From positions 4,601 through 68,600 of the forward strand of contig JBCDAH010000002.1 in the NCBI GenBank assembly GCA_039186015.1: a DNA stretch of 64,000 bases, given 5' to 3'. This document shows positions 36,874-46,640 of the stretch, in pieces; positions within the stretch are counted from its first letter, which is position 1; each line of letters begins with the position of its first letter. The stretch comes from Pseudomonadota bacterium. GTDB lineage: Bacteria; Pseudomonadota; Alphaproteobacteria; Rhizobiales; Hyphomicrobiaceae. A program made the translations under genes and the position numbers. The notes beneath the pieces were generated by a model. That model was not told the DNA's origin. It did not search any database and saw only the letters and a list, made by a program, of their open reading frames with translations.

Positions 36874-39132
36874 GTGAGCGACTGGTTCTTCCGGCAGGGT
36901 GGGCGGAATCGAATCCTGGATTTGATGGGTTTCGAGGCCTGGTTTTTCGAGAAGTTGGCGCTCCCGATCCAGCGCGTCAAGGAAGCTTACAGCGCCGGGT
37001 CCAGTTTGGCTGCCCGGTTCAAACTGCGCGGTTGGAGCCGCGTGTTTAATGAACTGGCGTCAGAAGCGCTGACAATCGGCGCGGCCGGGTTCACAGTGCT
37101 GTTTGTCCTGGGCAACGAAGCCTACAAGGAGATCGACGAAGCGCGCTGGCGGTCGATGGGCAGCTACAGTGTCACGTTTCTTGAACGCGATCGCCGCGAA
37201 ATCGGGCGGCGTGGCATCTTTCTGAATGATTCCGTTCCTCTCAAAGACATCCCCGAGGTGATGATCAATGCGGCTCTCGCAACCGAGGATCGCCGCTTTT
37301 ATGACCACTACGGCATCGACATTATCGGCACATTGCGGGCACTGATTGAAAACGTGCGGGCGAACGACGTCGTCCAGGGCGGCTCAACAATCACGCAGCA
37401 GCTGGCGAAGAACCTCTTTCTGTCGTCTGAACGTTCGATCCAGCGTAAGATCAAGGAGGCGTTTCTTGCGCTTTGGCTTGAGGCCCGCCTGCCGAAAAAC
37501 GAGATTCTGAAGTTGTATCTCGACCGCGCCTACATGGGCGGCGGTGCGTTTGGCGTGGAGGCTGCGGCCCAGTTCTACTTCGGGAAATCCGTCAAGGACG
37601 TGACGATGGCTGAGGCCGCGATGTTGGCCGGCCTCTTCAAGGCGCCGACCAAATATGCGCCGCATATCGACCTTGCGGCAGCCCGCGCCCGTGCGAATGA
37701 AGTGCTGTCGAACCTGGTCGAGGCCGGCTACTACACCGCAGGTCAGGTCTATGAGGCCCGTCTCAACCCGGCTGACCCTGTCGAGCGAACGGAGGCCAAC
37801 AGCCCGGATTGGTTCCTCGACTGGGCATTCGAAGAAGTGCAGAGGATTATGAAGGGTAAGGACAAGTTTGTCCTGACCGTACGCCTGACCGTTGACCTCG
37901 GCCTGCAACGCACCGCCGAACAAGCCATCCAATCGATCGTTGCAAACAACGGACGTGGGCGTGCCTTTCGGAACGGCGCTCTGGTCAGCATGGAGCCGAA
38001 CGGGGCGGTGCGCGCGCTTGTCGGCGGGGTCGACTACGGCGATAGCCAGTTCAATCGGGCAACAAACGCCCGCAGACAGCCGGGCTCGTCGTTCAAGGCC
38101 TATGTTTACGCGGCCGGTCTGATGAATGGCTACTCTCTGAACTCGCGCCTCCGAGACTCGTCTCCGCGATGTGGGCGATGGTCTCCGAGAAACTATAACG
38201 GCTCGTACGGGTCCGGACGCCGCGTTTCGATGCTGGACGCCTTCCGGCGATCGCTCAATACGACAGCGGTCGCAATTTCTCTCGATGTCGGCCGGAACAA
38301 GGTCATTGATCTCACGAAAAAGCTGGGGATCAAGGGCGTTCGCAGATCGTGTTCGATTGCTCTTGGCGATACCGGCATCACGCTGCTGCAACATACGTCC
38401 GGATACGCGGCTTTTGCCAGCGGCGGCATGAAAGTCACCCCGTATGCAGTGCTTGAGATTTACGATTCACAGGGCAAGACACTGTATGTCCACTCGGAGC
38501 ACGGTCCGAAACCGGAACGTGTGATGCCGCGGCGGGTGGCCGAATCCATGAACATTCTGCTGAAGTCCGTTGTCGACGGCGGAACTGGACGGCGTGCGCA
38601 GCTTGAGTTCACGAATGCCGTCGGCAAAACCGGAACGAGTTCCAGTTATCGCGACGCCTTGTTCATGGGCTTTACGGGACAATTTGTGACCGGCGTCTGG
38701 TTCGGGAATGACGACTACCGGCCGATGGTGAACCGGTACGGCAAAGGCGTAACCGGCGGTAGTTTCCCGGCGCAGGCCTGGCAGACCTATATGGCTGCAG
38801 CCCACCGTACGATGGATATTCCGACAATACCGGGCCTTCAGCCGCACCCCGTACAGGTCGACGAACGTGCACGCTTAGCACGCCTGCGCACAAGCGACCC
38901 GACGTTGGCGCCGTCTACATCCAACCGCAATGCGCCGGCCAGTGGGCGCTTGCCGGCGGCAACACGCAAGGTTCTTGAAGCCTTGCGTGCCAAGCTCAAG
39001 GGGCTGAAGTCTGCACCTGGAGAGTCCCCCGCCAGTGCACCCAATCAGCCAGACACGGAAAAACGACCGGATCAGCGCGCGAAGCGCACGATCGCACCTG
39101 AAACCAAAAACAGACCTGTGAAGTCACTCTGA
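36874..39132 (+). CDS. PBP1A-family bifunctional penicillin-binding protein (GT51 transglycosylase + transpeptidase)
   Basis: GT51 motifs EDRRFYDHYGID, GGSTITQQLAKN and RKIKEA. Transpeptidase motifs SSFK and KTGTS. Low-complexity C-terminal tail. GTG start with GGGGTGA upstream. Confidence 0.85.
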   Translation: MSDWFFRQGGRNRILDLMGFEAWFFEKLALPIQRVKEAYSAGSSLAARFKLRGWSRVFNELASEALTIGAAGFTVLFVLGNEAYKEIDEARWRSMGSYSVTFLERDRREIGRRGIFLNDSVPLKDIPEVMINAALATEDRRFYDHYGIDIIGTLRALIENVRANDVVQGGSTITQQLAKNLFLSSERSIQRKIKEAFLALWLEARLPKNEILKLYLDRAYMGGGAFGVEAAAQFYFGKSVKDVTMAEAAMLAGLFKAPTKYAPHIDLAAARARANEVLSNLVEAGYYTAGQVYEARLNPADPVERTEANSPDWFLDWAFEEVQRIMKGKDKFVLTVRLTVDLGLQRTAEQAIQSIVANNGRGRAFRNGALVSMEPNGAVRALVGGVDYGDSQFNRATNARRQPGSSFKAYVYAAGLMNGYSLNSRLRDSSPRCGRWSPRNYNGSYGSGRRVSMLDAFRRSLNTTAVAISLDVGRNKVIDLTKKLGIKGVRRSCSIALGDTGITLLQHTSGYAAFASGGMKVTPYAVLEIYDSQGKTLYVHSEHGPKPERVMPRRVAESMNILLKSVVDGGTGRRAQLEFTNAVGKTGTSSSYRDALFMGFTGQFVTGVWFGNDDYRPMVNRYGKGVTGGSFPAQAWQTYMAAAHRTMDIPTIPGLQPHPVQVDERARLARLRTSDPTLAPSTSNRNAPASGRLPAATRKVLEALRAKLKGLKSAPGESPASAPNQPDTEKRPDQRAKRTIAPETKNRPVKSL

Positions 39133-39133
39133 C

Positions 39134-39778
39134 ATGGCCGTGTCGTCACAACCAGCAAGCGGTTACCGTGCCGGATTGCGCCGACTGTGGCAGATCCTGA
39201 AGTCATTGTTTGCGCGTGTTGCGTTCTTCGCCACGGCAATTACGATCGGGATGACATCAAGTTGGTTTTCGGTTCATCGCGGTTTGCCGTTCAACACAGA
39301 GACGTTCGGGCCGTGGGTCGCGTGGCACTTTGCCGGCCAGTCGGCCAGTGAACCTTATACGCGCGGACGGTTTGCCATGTCCGGTGGCTTGCCGCTGAGC
39401 GGTGACCGGATCGTTCGCCTTGAGGCACGCTTCGACGACGACGGCCGACGCCTTCATTCGTCGTGCGTGTACGAAGTGTCCGGTCAGATGATTGACGCCC
39501 GATGGTGGACGCTTGCAGCGTTTGACTCGGCTGGACGCCTCATTCCGAATGAGGCGCAACGTTACGGCTGGAACACGGCGACTACGGCTCTTGGTGCTGA
39601 CGGCCGATTTAGCATTCTACTTGGCCGCGACGCACATTCGGGCAACTGGCTGCCCACTGGCGCTGCCGGACGTATGGTCGTCATTTTCGAGATCCAGGAG
39701 CCTGCCGTTATCCCAGCCGACACCAATAGCGAAGAGAGCGCCATTAAGCCACCATCCATCAAACGGATTTCGTGCTGA
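39134..39778 (+). CDS. DUF1214-like protein
   Basis: N-terminal TM helix. Pattern FGPWVAWHF..., RWWTLAAFDSAGRLIPNE and GNWLPT resembles DUF1214. Starts 1 nt after the PBP stop. Confidence 0.55.
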   Translation: MAVSSQPASGYRAGLRRLWQILKSLFARVAFFATAITIGMTSSWFSVHRGLPFNTETFGPWVAWHFAGQSASEPYTRGRFAMSGGLPLSGDRIVRLEARFDDDGRRLHSSCVYEVSGQMIDARWWTLAAFDSAGRLIPNEAQRYGWNTATTALGADGRFSILLGRDAHSGNWLPTGAAGRMVVIFEIQEPAVIPADTNSEESAIKPPSIKRISC

Positions 39779-40377
39779 TGCTGGGCAGACTTCTACCACG
39801 CAGTATTCGCCTGTGGCTGATGTTCCTGATCATCGTCGGCATCAGCCATATCGTGACCACGTTTTGGCTCGCCAGCGGCTCATCAACGACGGATTTCCGG
39901 GCGCTGGTAACAGGACTGCCGTCAAACCGATTCTCGCTACTGGAGACGCTGACGCCGGAAACACAGCGTCTGCCGTTTATGATCCCGGAATCCCATTACG
40001 CCGTCTGCCCGTTCGATACCAGCAACGGACGCGTTCTCCTCGACGTCCGTCTTGAAGATGTCGGCTGGATTCTATCGCTGCATGCGCCGGACGGAACGGT
40101 GATTTACTATGCGCCAGGCGCGGCTGATCGCGAAACGAACCTCAAGCTGGTTCTTAAGCCGCCCGGCGGACGTTTTCTTGGTCTCCCGGTCGGAGGCGTT
40201 GGCCCGGGGCCGGAAATCCCTGAGGTTCAGCTGGAAAGCCCAAAAGGCGTGGCCATTCTCCGTGTGCCACTCTATGGATTGAGCTATGCGGCGCTTGCCG
40301 TCAACGCGCTCAAGCAATCGTCTTGTCGCGAAGTCCTGTCGCCGCGATTGCGGACCGCGGATCGGCCCGCGCGTTAA
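39778..40377 (+). CDS. DUF1254-like protein
   Basis: N-terminal TM helix. A partner gene of this kind is typically found next to DUF1214. The ATG overlaps the upstream stop (TGATG); a GTG at 39772 is also in frame. Confidence 0.5.
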   Translation: MLGRLLPRSIRLWLMFLIIVGISHIVTTFWLASGSSTTDFRALVTGLPSNRFSLLETLTPETQRLPFMIPESHYAVCPFDTSNGRVLLDVRLEDVGWILSLHAPDGTVIYYAPGAADRETNLKLVLKPPGGRFLGLPVGGVGPGPEIPEVQLESPKGVAILRVPLYGLSYAALAVNALKQSSCREVLSPRLRTADRPAR

Positions 40378-40409
40378 AAGTATGCCGGCAACTTGCTGAC
40401 TGCCGCGCC

Positions 40410-41174
40410 CTATGCCGCGGCGGGCATTTCGGTCATGCGCTCGACTCGCCATGCCCGCGGTGCGTAGGCAATGACACCCGCCCCTTGGCTGTGGGACTCG
40501 CTCGACAAGCTCGTCGGGTCACAGCTCCATGTCTCGGCCAATCTGAGAACATGCTCTGCCATCGGGTGGACAATCAAACCACCGCCGATATCCCCCGAAC
40601 GCCCCTCGACACCGCGGATTTCGTAAAGCGAAAGACCAAGCGCCCGCTCCTGGCGGCAGGGGCGTCCACTATCCCACACGACCTGAGTGTCCAAGACGGC
40701 GTAGCTGCGCTGCAACTGGCCATCGGACCAGCGGGCCCAGGCGTGCATATCGACAATGTCATCGTTCGCAAAATACTGAACCTCGCCATACTTTTGGCCG
40801 AGCAGCTCAATGATCGGGCGGCACTTATCCACAAATGGCGCTGGTGCTGGATGCGGCAGCGGCAGCCCGGCAACGAGTGTCCAACCCGACACCGGCGGTG
40901 AAACAAAGACGCATGAGGCGCGCAAGGCCGGTTCGTAAATCGCGCTTGTCCCGGTCTTCCAGTTCGCCGGACGGGGCGCGACCAGCCCTAGCGCTGCAAC
41001 AATCGCAGCTTGATCCGTGCTGCGGACAGCGAGCCACGCCATATCGCGCCCAAACGGAACAGGCACATCCGGGCGTGAATCAAAGACGTAGGCCCGGCCC
41101 GGCCGGAACCAGAGGTAAACAAGGCCGGCGAACAGAGTTGTAATCAGGAGCAGCGTCGAGACGATCGGAATCAT
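40410..41174 (-). CDS. membrane-anchored hypothetical protein
   Basis: N-terminal TM helix (MIPIVSTLLLITTLFAGLVYLWF) followed by a globular domain of about 220 aa. GGAG lies 9 nt upstream of the ATG. No family recognised. Confidence 0.5.
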   Translation of the reverse strand: MIPIVSTLLLITTLFAGLVYLWFRPGRAYVFDSRPDVPVPFGRDMAWLAVRSTDQAAIVAALGLVAPRPANWKTGTSAIYEPALRASCVFVSPPVSGWTLVAGLPLPHPAPAPFVDKCRPIIELLGQKYGEVQYFANDDIVDMHAWARWSDGQLQRSYAVLDTQVVWDSGRPCRQERALGLSLYEIRGVEGRSGDIGGGLIVHPMAEHVLRLAETWSCDPTSLSSESHSQGAGVIAYAPRAWRVERMTEMPAAA

Positions 41175-41692
41175 GCGCGAATCTCCATGGGCGCATGGGA
41201 TAGCGTTCTCCAGACGCGATCGATGATTCAAGCCCTCATCTGAGATGATCTGAGAATTCGCCGTATGATCTGGGGAAAAGCGTCACAGCGCCAGGGCGCC
41301 GTTATCGTGCGCCATTATCTGTCGTGATCTATCGTGCGCTGTTATCGACCAGCTCGCGACCCCTCGAGGTAGCGGGGTCAGAGCCCTCTCGGAGCCGCAG
41401 AGCTGGTCATCAACCGTGGCCAAGACGTCTGAGAGAGGGCGTTGACGCAGGCACACATCGAAGCCGAAGCACCGACGATGCAGTCTTAAACCAAAAATAT
41501 ATCAAACGATGACATGCAACGCGGAAAGCGGCGCGACTCCTGCGAGCCTGTGGATAGTGCGCAAATCCGATGCAACCGCAGGTGCACCAGTTCGCCATTT
41601 CCCATGGACGCATCGCCCTGTATGAAGGATGCCATCGTCCGACCGGACTTGGCACGGTCGCGCGCAAACTCCGGTGCCTGTTGGAGGTGAGA

Positions 41693-42535
41693 TTGTCGAC
41701 ATCTGGGTCAGTTCCAAGCGTGGGTGGCGCGGCCCGGGGCCGAACTACGGCTGATGAGATCGACTTCATGATCCACGGCCAAGAGATGCAGTTCGTCGAA
41801 ATCGAGCTTGACCCAGGCGAAAGCGCAATCGCTGAAGCCGGCGCCATGATGTTCAAGGACGCCACCATCGATATGGACACCATATTCGGTGACGGCTCGC
41901 AGCAAACCTCGGGTTTCTTTGGCACAATCGCCTCTGCGGGAAAGCGCCTTCTAACCGGTGAAAGCCTGTTCATGACGGTTTTTACGCACCAGGGACAAGG
42001 CAAGGCACGGGTTGCCTTCGCAGCTCCCTATCCCGGCACCATCCTGGCGTTCAATCTTGCAGACCTTGGCGGCAAGCTCGTTGCGCAAAAAGATGCGTTT
42101 CTTTGCGCTGCAAAAGGTGTGTCAATTGGCATCCACTTCCAGAAGCGAATTATGACGGGGCTGTTCGGCGGCGAAGGCTTCATCATGCAAAAGCTGGAAG
42201 GCGACGGCTTCGCGTTCGTGCACTGTGGCGGCTGCCTTGTTCGACGTGAGCTTGCCGATGGCGAAGTGCTTCATGTTGACACAGGCTGCGTTGCGGCCAT
42301 GACACCGACGATCGACTTCGACGTGGTGCGCGCGGGTTCCGTAAAATCGATGATTTTCGGCGGAGAAGGCGTATTCTTCGCGCAACTCAAAGGTCCGGGT
42401 ACGGTTTGGCTGCAAAGCCTTCCGTTTTCCCGCCTGGCCGGCCGGGTTTTGGCCAATGCAGGCCCGATGGGCGGAACCGGTGAAGGTTCGGTGCTTGGCC
42501 CGGTCGGCGGTATTTTTGACGGCGACAACAGATGA
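41693..42535 (+). CDS. TIGR00266 / AIM24-family protein (DUF124)
   Basis: [34 protein letters not shown] is the family's N-terminal signature. I chose the TTG at 41693 because it follows a strong GGAGGTGA. Alternatives are GTG 41720 and ATG 41768. Confidence 0.75.
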   Translation: MSTSGSVPSVGGAARGRTTADEIDFMIHGQEMQFVEIELDPGESAIAEAGAMMFKDATIDMDTIFGDGSQQTSGFFGTIASAGKRLLTGESLFMTVFTHQGQGKARVAFAAPYPGTILAFNLADLGGKLVAQKDAFLCAAKGVSIGIHFQKRIMTGLFGGEGFIMQKLEGDGFAFVHCGGCLVRRELADGEVLHVDTGCVAAMTPTIDFDVVRAGSVKSMIFGGEGVFFAQLKGPGTVWLQSLPFSRLAGRVLANAGPMGGTGEGSVLGPVGGIFDGDNR

Positions 42536-42985
42536 GGCGTTTTGACGTCGGCCGCTCCTCATCAACCGGCCGAGACCGGGTTGATGCTAAAACACTGGAA
42601 GCCTACGACGATTACTTGTTAACTAGGAGTAACCGTCGGCCTGTTCGTCAGCTTATCGTAAACGGCGTCGTTTGGGGCGGAGGATTATGGCAACATTCGC
42701 GGCTAAACGCCTAATATTCGGGGAGATTACGGTTCCCATGGGGCCCGAGCCTCAGGGGTCGTATCTGCGAATTGGCCCGTGTAAGCTAAACCGCATGCCA
42801 CATTTCAACCTATGCCCGCCCGCACTGGTGCCCACTTTTCAGGCTTTCACGCATTATGGCACGGTTGCTTACGTCCGATTAACTATGATGAGTCACGCTA
42901 TTGTCTGGGCCGTGCGGCGGTTTCATCAGGCTTACTGATGCGGCCAATGTCTGTCATGAATGTGAATGCGTCTTGGGTGGATTTG

Positions 42986-44263
42986 ATGTCGAAACGCATC
43001 GGTTTAACTTTCGCGCTCGCCGCAGCCGGCGGATTGCTCGCCGTATCGCCTGCGTCGGCTCGTGCTCCTGGCATTCTCGCTGCACCGAACAATTCGGTTC
43101 CCGCCTGCGCGACACCCGGGCGGTTGATGGCATTCGTGACAGACCGGAATCGCAATCTCGCACCGCGTTTCGAAAACCTGGCCCTGCTGTATTCGCAAAT
43201 TGGAACTGAACTCGGCCTTCGTTGGGACTACGCGTTTTACCAAATGCTGGTGGAGACCGGGTTCCTGACCTACAAAGGCGACGTGCGCGAGCGCCAGAAC
43301 AATTTCGCCGGTATTGCTGCAACCGGCAATGGCGTGCCGGGCGAAAGCTACCGCACCGTTGAGGATGGTGTGCGGGCGCACCTCCAGCATTTGCTTGTTT
43401 ATGCGGATGTCCGGGTCGACAATCCGGTGTCCGATCGTACGCGGAAAGTTCAGAGCTGGCGCGTCTATCGCGGCTGGCCGCGGCGCCTTGGCCGCCCGGT
43501 CAACTTCCGAGATATGGCTCGGAAGTGGGCACCGAACAGTCGCGGCTATTGGCGGACAATCAACGGTGTTGCGCGGCGGTTTGAGCGTGGCCGATGCCGG
43601 CAGGATGATCCCGCGCCGGTTGCAGACCTCCGCAAGCGGCAGCCAGACACACCGAGATCAACCGCCACAGTGGGTGAAAAGCTCGCGCGTGCGGCAATTA
43701 CGCGTGCACAAAGTGCGGGAACAGGCACACGCAGCGCGCTTGGCGCCAGCAAGTCTGCACGGCGGCCAGTGGCGAGTTCATCGTCCACAACGCGTAGCGT
43801 TTCGGTCCTGAATTCCGATACACGCAGCGATCCGGCAGTAGACCGAGTTCGCGACGCTCGCCGCGACACCGTCCGGAGTGCGACAAACAACGCAGCCCCG
43901 AAAGCCGAGACGCCGCCAGCTGAGCGGCCGTCGCAACGCACGGCCTCTGTATCTCCGTCAGTTGGCCGTTTTGCCAGCAACTTTATTGCGGCGCCGGTTG
44001 CGCCCGAGAAGGAAGCCCCCAAGTCCTGCCGGGTCTGGCAGGCCAGTTATGGCGGCCAGCGGGCCGTTATTATCAAATCTATCGGTGGTGAACACGTGAA
44101 CTACACGGTTCTCGATGTAAATGCGGACCGTGAGCAGCGTGAGATCGAAGCCTATGTCGCCGCATACGCCAAAGGGGGCAAGACCGTCGGCCGGTTCCCA
44201 TCCCAGACCAAGGCGTTGGCCAAAGCCTTTGCGCTTTGCCCAAGCGCAGCGCGGCGCCAATAA
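42986..44263 (+). CDS. secreted glucosaminidase-like (FlgJ/LytD-type) domain protein, paralog 1
   Basis: Signal peptide MSKRIGLTFALAAAGGLLAVSPASA. WDYAFYQMLVETGFLTY...RQNNFAGIAATG resembles the PF01832 core. A long Ser/Arg/Ala-rich linker follows, then a C-terminal domain of about 75 aa bracketed by Cys residues. Confidence 0.55.
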   Translation: MSKRIGLTFALAAAGGLLAVSPASARAPGILAAPNNSVPACATPGRLMAFVTDRNRNLAPRFENLALLYSQIGTELGLRWDYAFYQMLVETGFLTYKGDVRERQNNFAGIAATGNGVPGESYRTVEDGVRAHLQHLLVYADVRVDNPVSDRTRKVQSWRVYRGWPRRLGRPVNFRDMARKWAPNSRGYWRTINGVARRFERGRCRQDDPAPVADLRKRQPDTPRSTATVGEKLARAAITRAQSAGTGTRSALGASKSARRPVASSSSTTRSVSVLNSDTRSDPAVDRVRDARRDTVRSATNNAAPKAETPPAERPSQRTASVSPSVGRFASNFIAAPVAPEKEAPKSCRVWQASYGGQRAVIIKSIGGEHVNYTVLDVNADREQREIEAYVAAYAKGGKTVGRFPSQTKALAKAFALCPSAARRQ

Positions 44264-44342
44264 ACTTTCGAGCAAAACGAGGCTGAACAACAGTCGTCGG
44301 TGCCTCGCGCGCGTCCTCGCGCCAAGCCGCCGGCGAGCGAGT

Positions 44343-45446
44343 GTGGAGAGCGAGCGTGGGGGAGCCTTGTTCTTGAATCATTTACTTTACTGCCGTTCGA
44401 CGGTGGTGCCTGAGGCGCAATGGATCTCGGAGATCCGCCGCACGGCCTTGTTGCTGCTGGCGAGTGTGACCTGGCTTTCCATCGTCTGGACCAACGAAGC
44501 CGTCGCGGCACCGCCAATCCGGTTGATCCCAGGCAACGAAGTGCCGACGTGCGTTACGCCGGAACGGCTTATGGTGTTCTTGCGGTCGCGGAACCCGCGG
44601 CTTAACCGCCGCTTCCGCCGTATCGCGCATTGGTATGCCCACCACGGCGAGCGCTGGCGGGTTCGCTGGGACTATGCCTTCTATCAGATGGCGTTGGAGA
44701 CGAATTTCCTGACCTATCGCCGACCGAACGGGAAGTGGGGCGATGTCAATCCGCGGCAGAACAATTTTGCCGGCCTCGGCACAACCGGTGGCGGCGTGCC
44801 GGGGGATAGCTATCCGGATGTGTCGACGGGCGTCCTGGCGCAGCTGCAGCATCTTATCGTCTATTCCGGTGAGCGCCTAGCCAAGCCTGTTGGCCACCGC
44901 ACCCGCCTGAAGCAGGACGTCATTCTCAACTTGAGCAAGCCGGTCGCGGCACGAAGGCCCGTGACGTTCCAGGATTTATCAGGGCGTTGGGCCGTCGACC
45001 GTCGCTACGGTCGTTCGATCGAGGCGGTTGCGAGTCTGTTTCGGAAACGGTTTTGCGGGGGACGGGCAGACCGTCATCTAGCCCGGCGTCGGCCGCCGGA
45101 ACCGCGACAATCGATACGCCGGCAGCAACGTTCCAGCGAACGCACCGTCGCAGCAACGGCATGGCGCACGCGCACCAGCGAACGCCGCAGCAAACCACAG
45201 TGCACGGTGAGCGTTGCGAGCTACGGCGGCACGCGGACCCTGCTAATCGAGTCATTCAAAGGTCGGCAACGCAATCTCACAGCGCTGGAGGTCGATCCGC
45301 GCCGGTCGGACGAGATGGCTGCGAGCTTTATTGCCCGCTATGCCGTCGGCGGCGAAACCATCGGAACGTTCCGTAATCAGCGTGCGGCATTGGCCCGGGC
45401 GTTTCGGATTTGCCCCGCAGCGGCAGAGCCGCGCGGTCGCGGATAG
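44343..45446 (+). CDS. secreted glucosaminidase-like domain protein, paralog 2
   Basis: Same architecture as 42986-44263 (WDYAFYQMALETNFLTY...RQNNFAGLGTTG, C-terminal CTVSVASYGG...FRICPAA). There is no in-frame ATG after the upstream stop, so the start is probably GTG 44343 or TTG 44373 (GGGGGAG upstream). Confidence 0.55.
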   Translation: MESERGGALFLNHLLYCRSTVVPEAQWISEIRRTALLLLASVTWLSIVWTNEAVAAPPIRLIPGNEVPTCVTPERLMVFLRSRNPRLNRRFRRIAHWYAHHGERWRVRWDYAFYQMALETNFLTYRRPNGKWGDVNPRQNNFAGLGTTGGGVPGDSYPDVSTGVLAQLQHLIVYSGERLAKPVGHRTRLKQDVILNLSKPVAARRPVTFQDLSGRWAVDRRYGRSIEAVASLFRKRFCGGRADRHLARRRPPEPRQSIRRQQRSSERTVAATAWRTRTSERRSKPQCTVSVASYGGTRTLLIESFKGRQRNLTALEVDPRRSDEMAASFIARYAVGGETIGTFRNQRAALARAFRICPAAAEPRGRG

Positions 45447-45551
45447 CTCTTCCCGTGTTTGCGCGTTCAAGCGCGTTGCCGGCCTGTCGCGGCGGTGTCA
45501 TTGGAATGCCGTCGGCGCATGACCAGCGGTTATTTGTTGATGATGCCGATG

Positions 45552-46502
45552 CTACCTTGGCGCGCGCAGAATGCGCTCGGCCGCCGATGATACCGTGCCG
45601 CCAATCAAGCACGGCAGCCCGAGCTGGGCCTGTCCGGCGGCACCCGCGACAACGCAACCCAGCGCGATCGCCGTGCTGGCTGCACGGCTCCACCATGCCC
45701 ACTGGCGGCCGCTGGCGGGTCCTCGCTTTTTCAGCTCATCCATTTTTGCGACTTGTGCCTTGCGGATCTTTGCCGTTTCGAACGTTTCGGCCGCGAGTAC
45801 CAGTTCGCGGAGCGGCGCGGCCACTTTGGCCGGCTGTCGATAGGCTTCGGCCCGCAGAAAATCGAGAAGGGGTTTGTCGCGAGACGCATTCGCAGACAGC
45901 GTCCACATCGCCATGCTGGCGATGGTGAGACGATCGAGATTGTCGCCTTCGTCCGACCACTTCAGCGCCGGTAGCAACCGCCGGATGGGCTCGTAGCGCC
46001 CCGTTGCGAAGTAGACGCCCCACCATGCATCGAGAACTTCCGGCCCCTTATCCAACGGAAGCTCCTGTAATGGCTTGGACTTTCCGTAGAGATAGTTCCG
46101 GATGAGGATTTTTCGCGCGGGCATACGTTCAACAAAGCGCGCCATCAGATCACGCCAATTGGGAAGCCCGGAATCGGCGATTGCGCGAATGATCACGACC
46201 TGGTCCTCCGGCCGAAGCGGGAACATCTCGGCAATCAGGCGTTCGGCATCAAGCTGGTTTTCTCCAACGACACCGGCCACAAAGCCAATAAATACGGCTG
46301 CACGGTCCAAATCGCGGAATATGCCGAGCTTGGACATGGCCTGGACTGCGCCTGCGACATGATCGGGTCGCGGTTCTTCGCGATAGGCACTGATCCAGGC
46401 CAACAGATCCGTCCGGTTGCGGAACGTTGGTTCGGGCTGACTGCTCCGTGCCTCCACGGCCGTAACGGCGCACAGGCAAATCAGCAGGACGAGACGCATC
46501 AT
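45552..46502 (-). CDS. hypothetical periplasmic protein with C-terminal hydrophobic segment
   Basis: Signal peptide MMRLVLLICLCAVTAVEA, a helical body and a C-terminal TM-like AASTAIALGCVVAGAAG. No family recognised. Confidence 0.5.
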   Translation of the reverse strand: MMRLVLLICLCAVTAVEARSSQPEPTFRNRTDLLAWISAYREEPRPDHVAGAVQAMSKLGIFRDLDRAAVFIGFVAGVVGENQLDAERLIAEMFPLRPEDQVVIIRAIADSGLPNWRDLMARFVERMPARKILIRNYLYGKSKPLQELPLDKGPEVLDAWWGVYFATGRYEPIRRLLPALKWSDEGDNLDRLTIASMAMWTLSANASRDKPLLDFLRAEAYRQPAKVAAPLRELVLAAETFETAKIRKAQVAKMDELKKRGPASGRQWAWWSRAASTAIALGCVVAGAAGQAQLGLPCLIGGTVSSAAERILRAPR

Positions 46503-46640
46503 AGCGCGGTACTTTCGATGATCGGCTTTGGCTCCGGCCACCCAACCCGACACATGTTATCGTACGGATGGCAATTTCGCGGCGCGGATAACTTTCGTGC
46601 CATCTCGACGAAGACGTGATCGACGCCCTACATACGTGAC

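Noticed and set aside
37384-38394. 336-aa minus-strand ORF
   Set aside because: Antisense to the PBP1A-family gene, which has the GT51 and SxxK/KTG motifs.
42559-42587. Hairpin CATCAACCGG...CCGGGTTGATG after the TIGR00266 gene as a Rho-independent terminator
   Set aside because: The stem has a bulge and no T-tract follows, so it is not called as a terminator.
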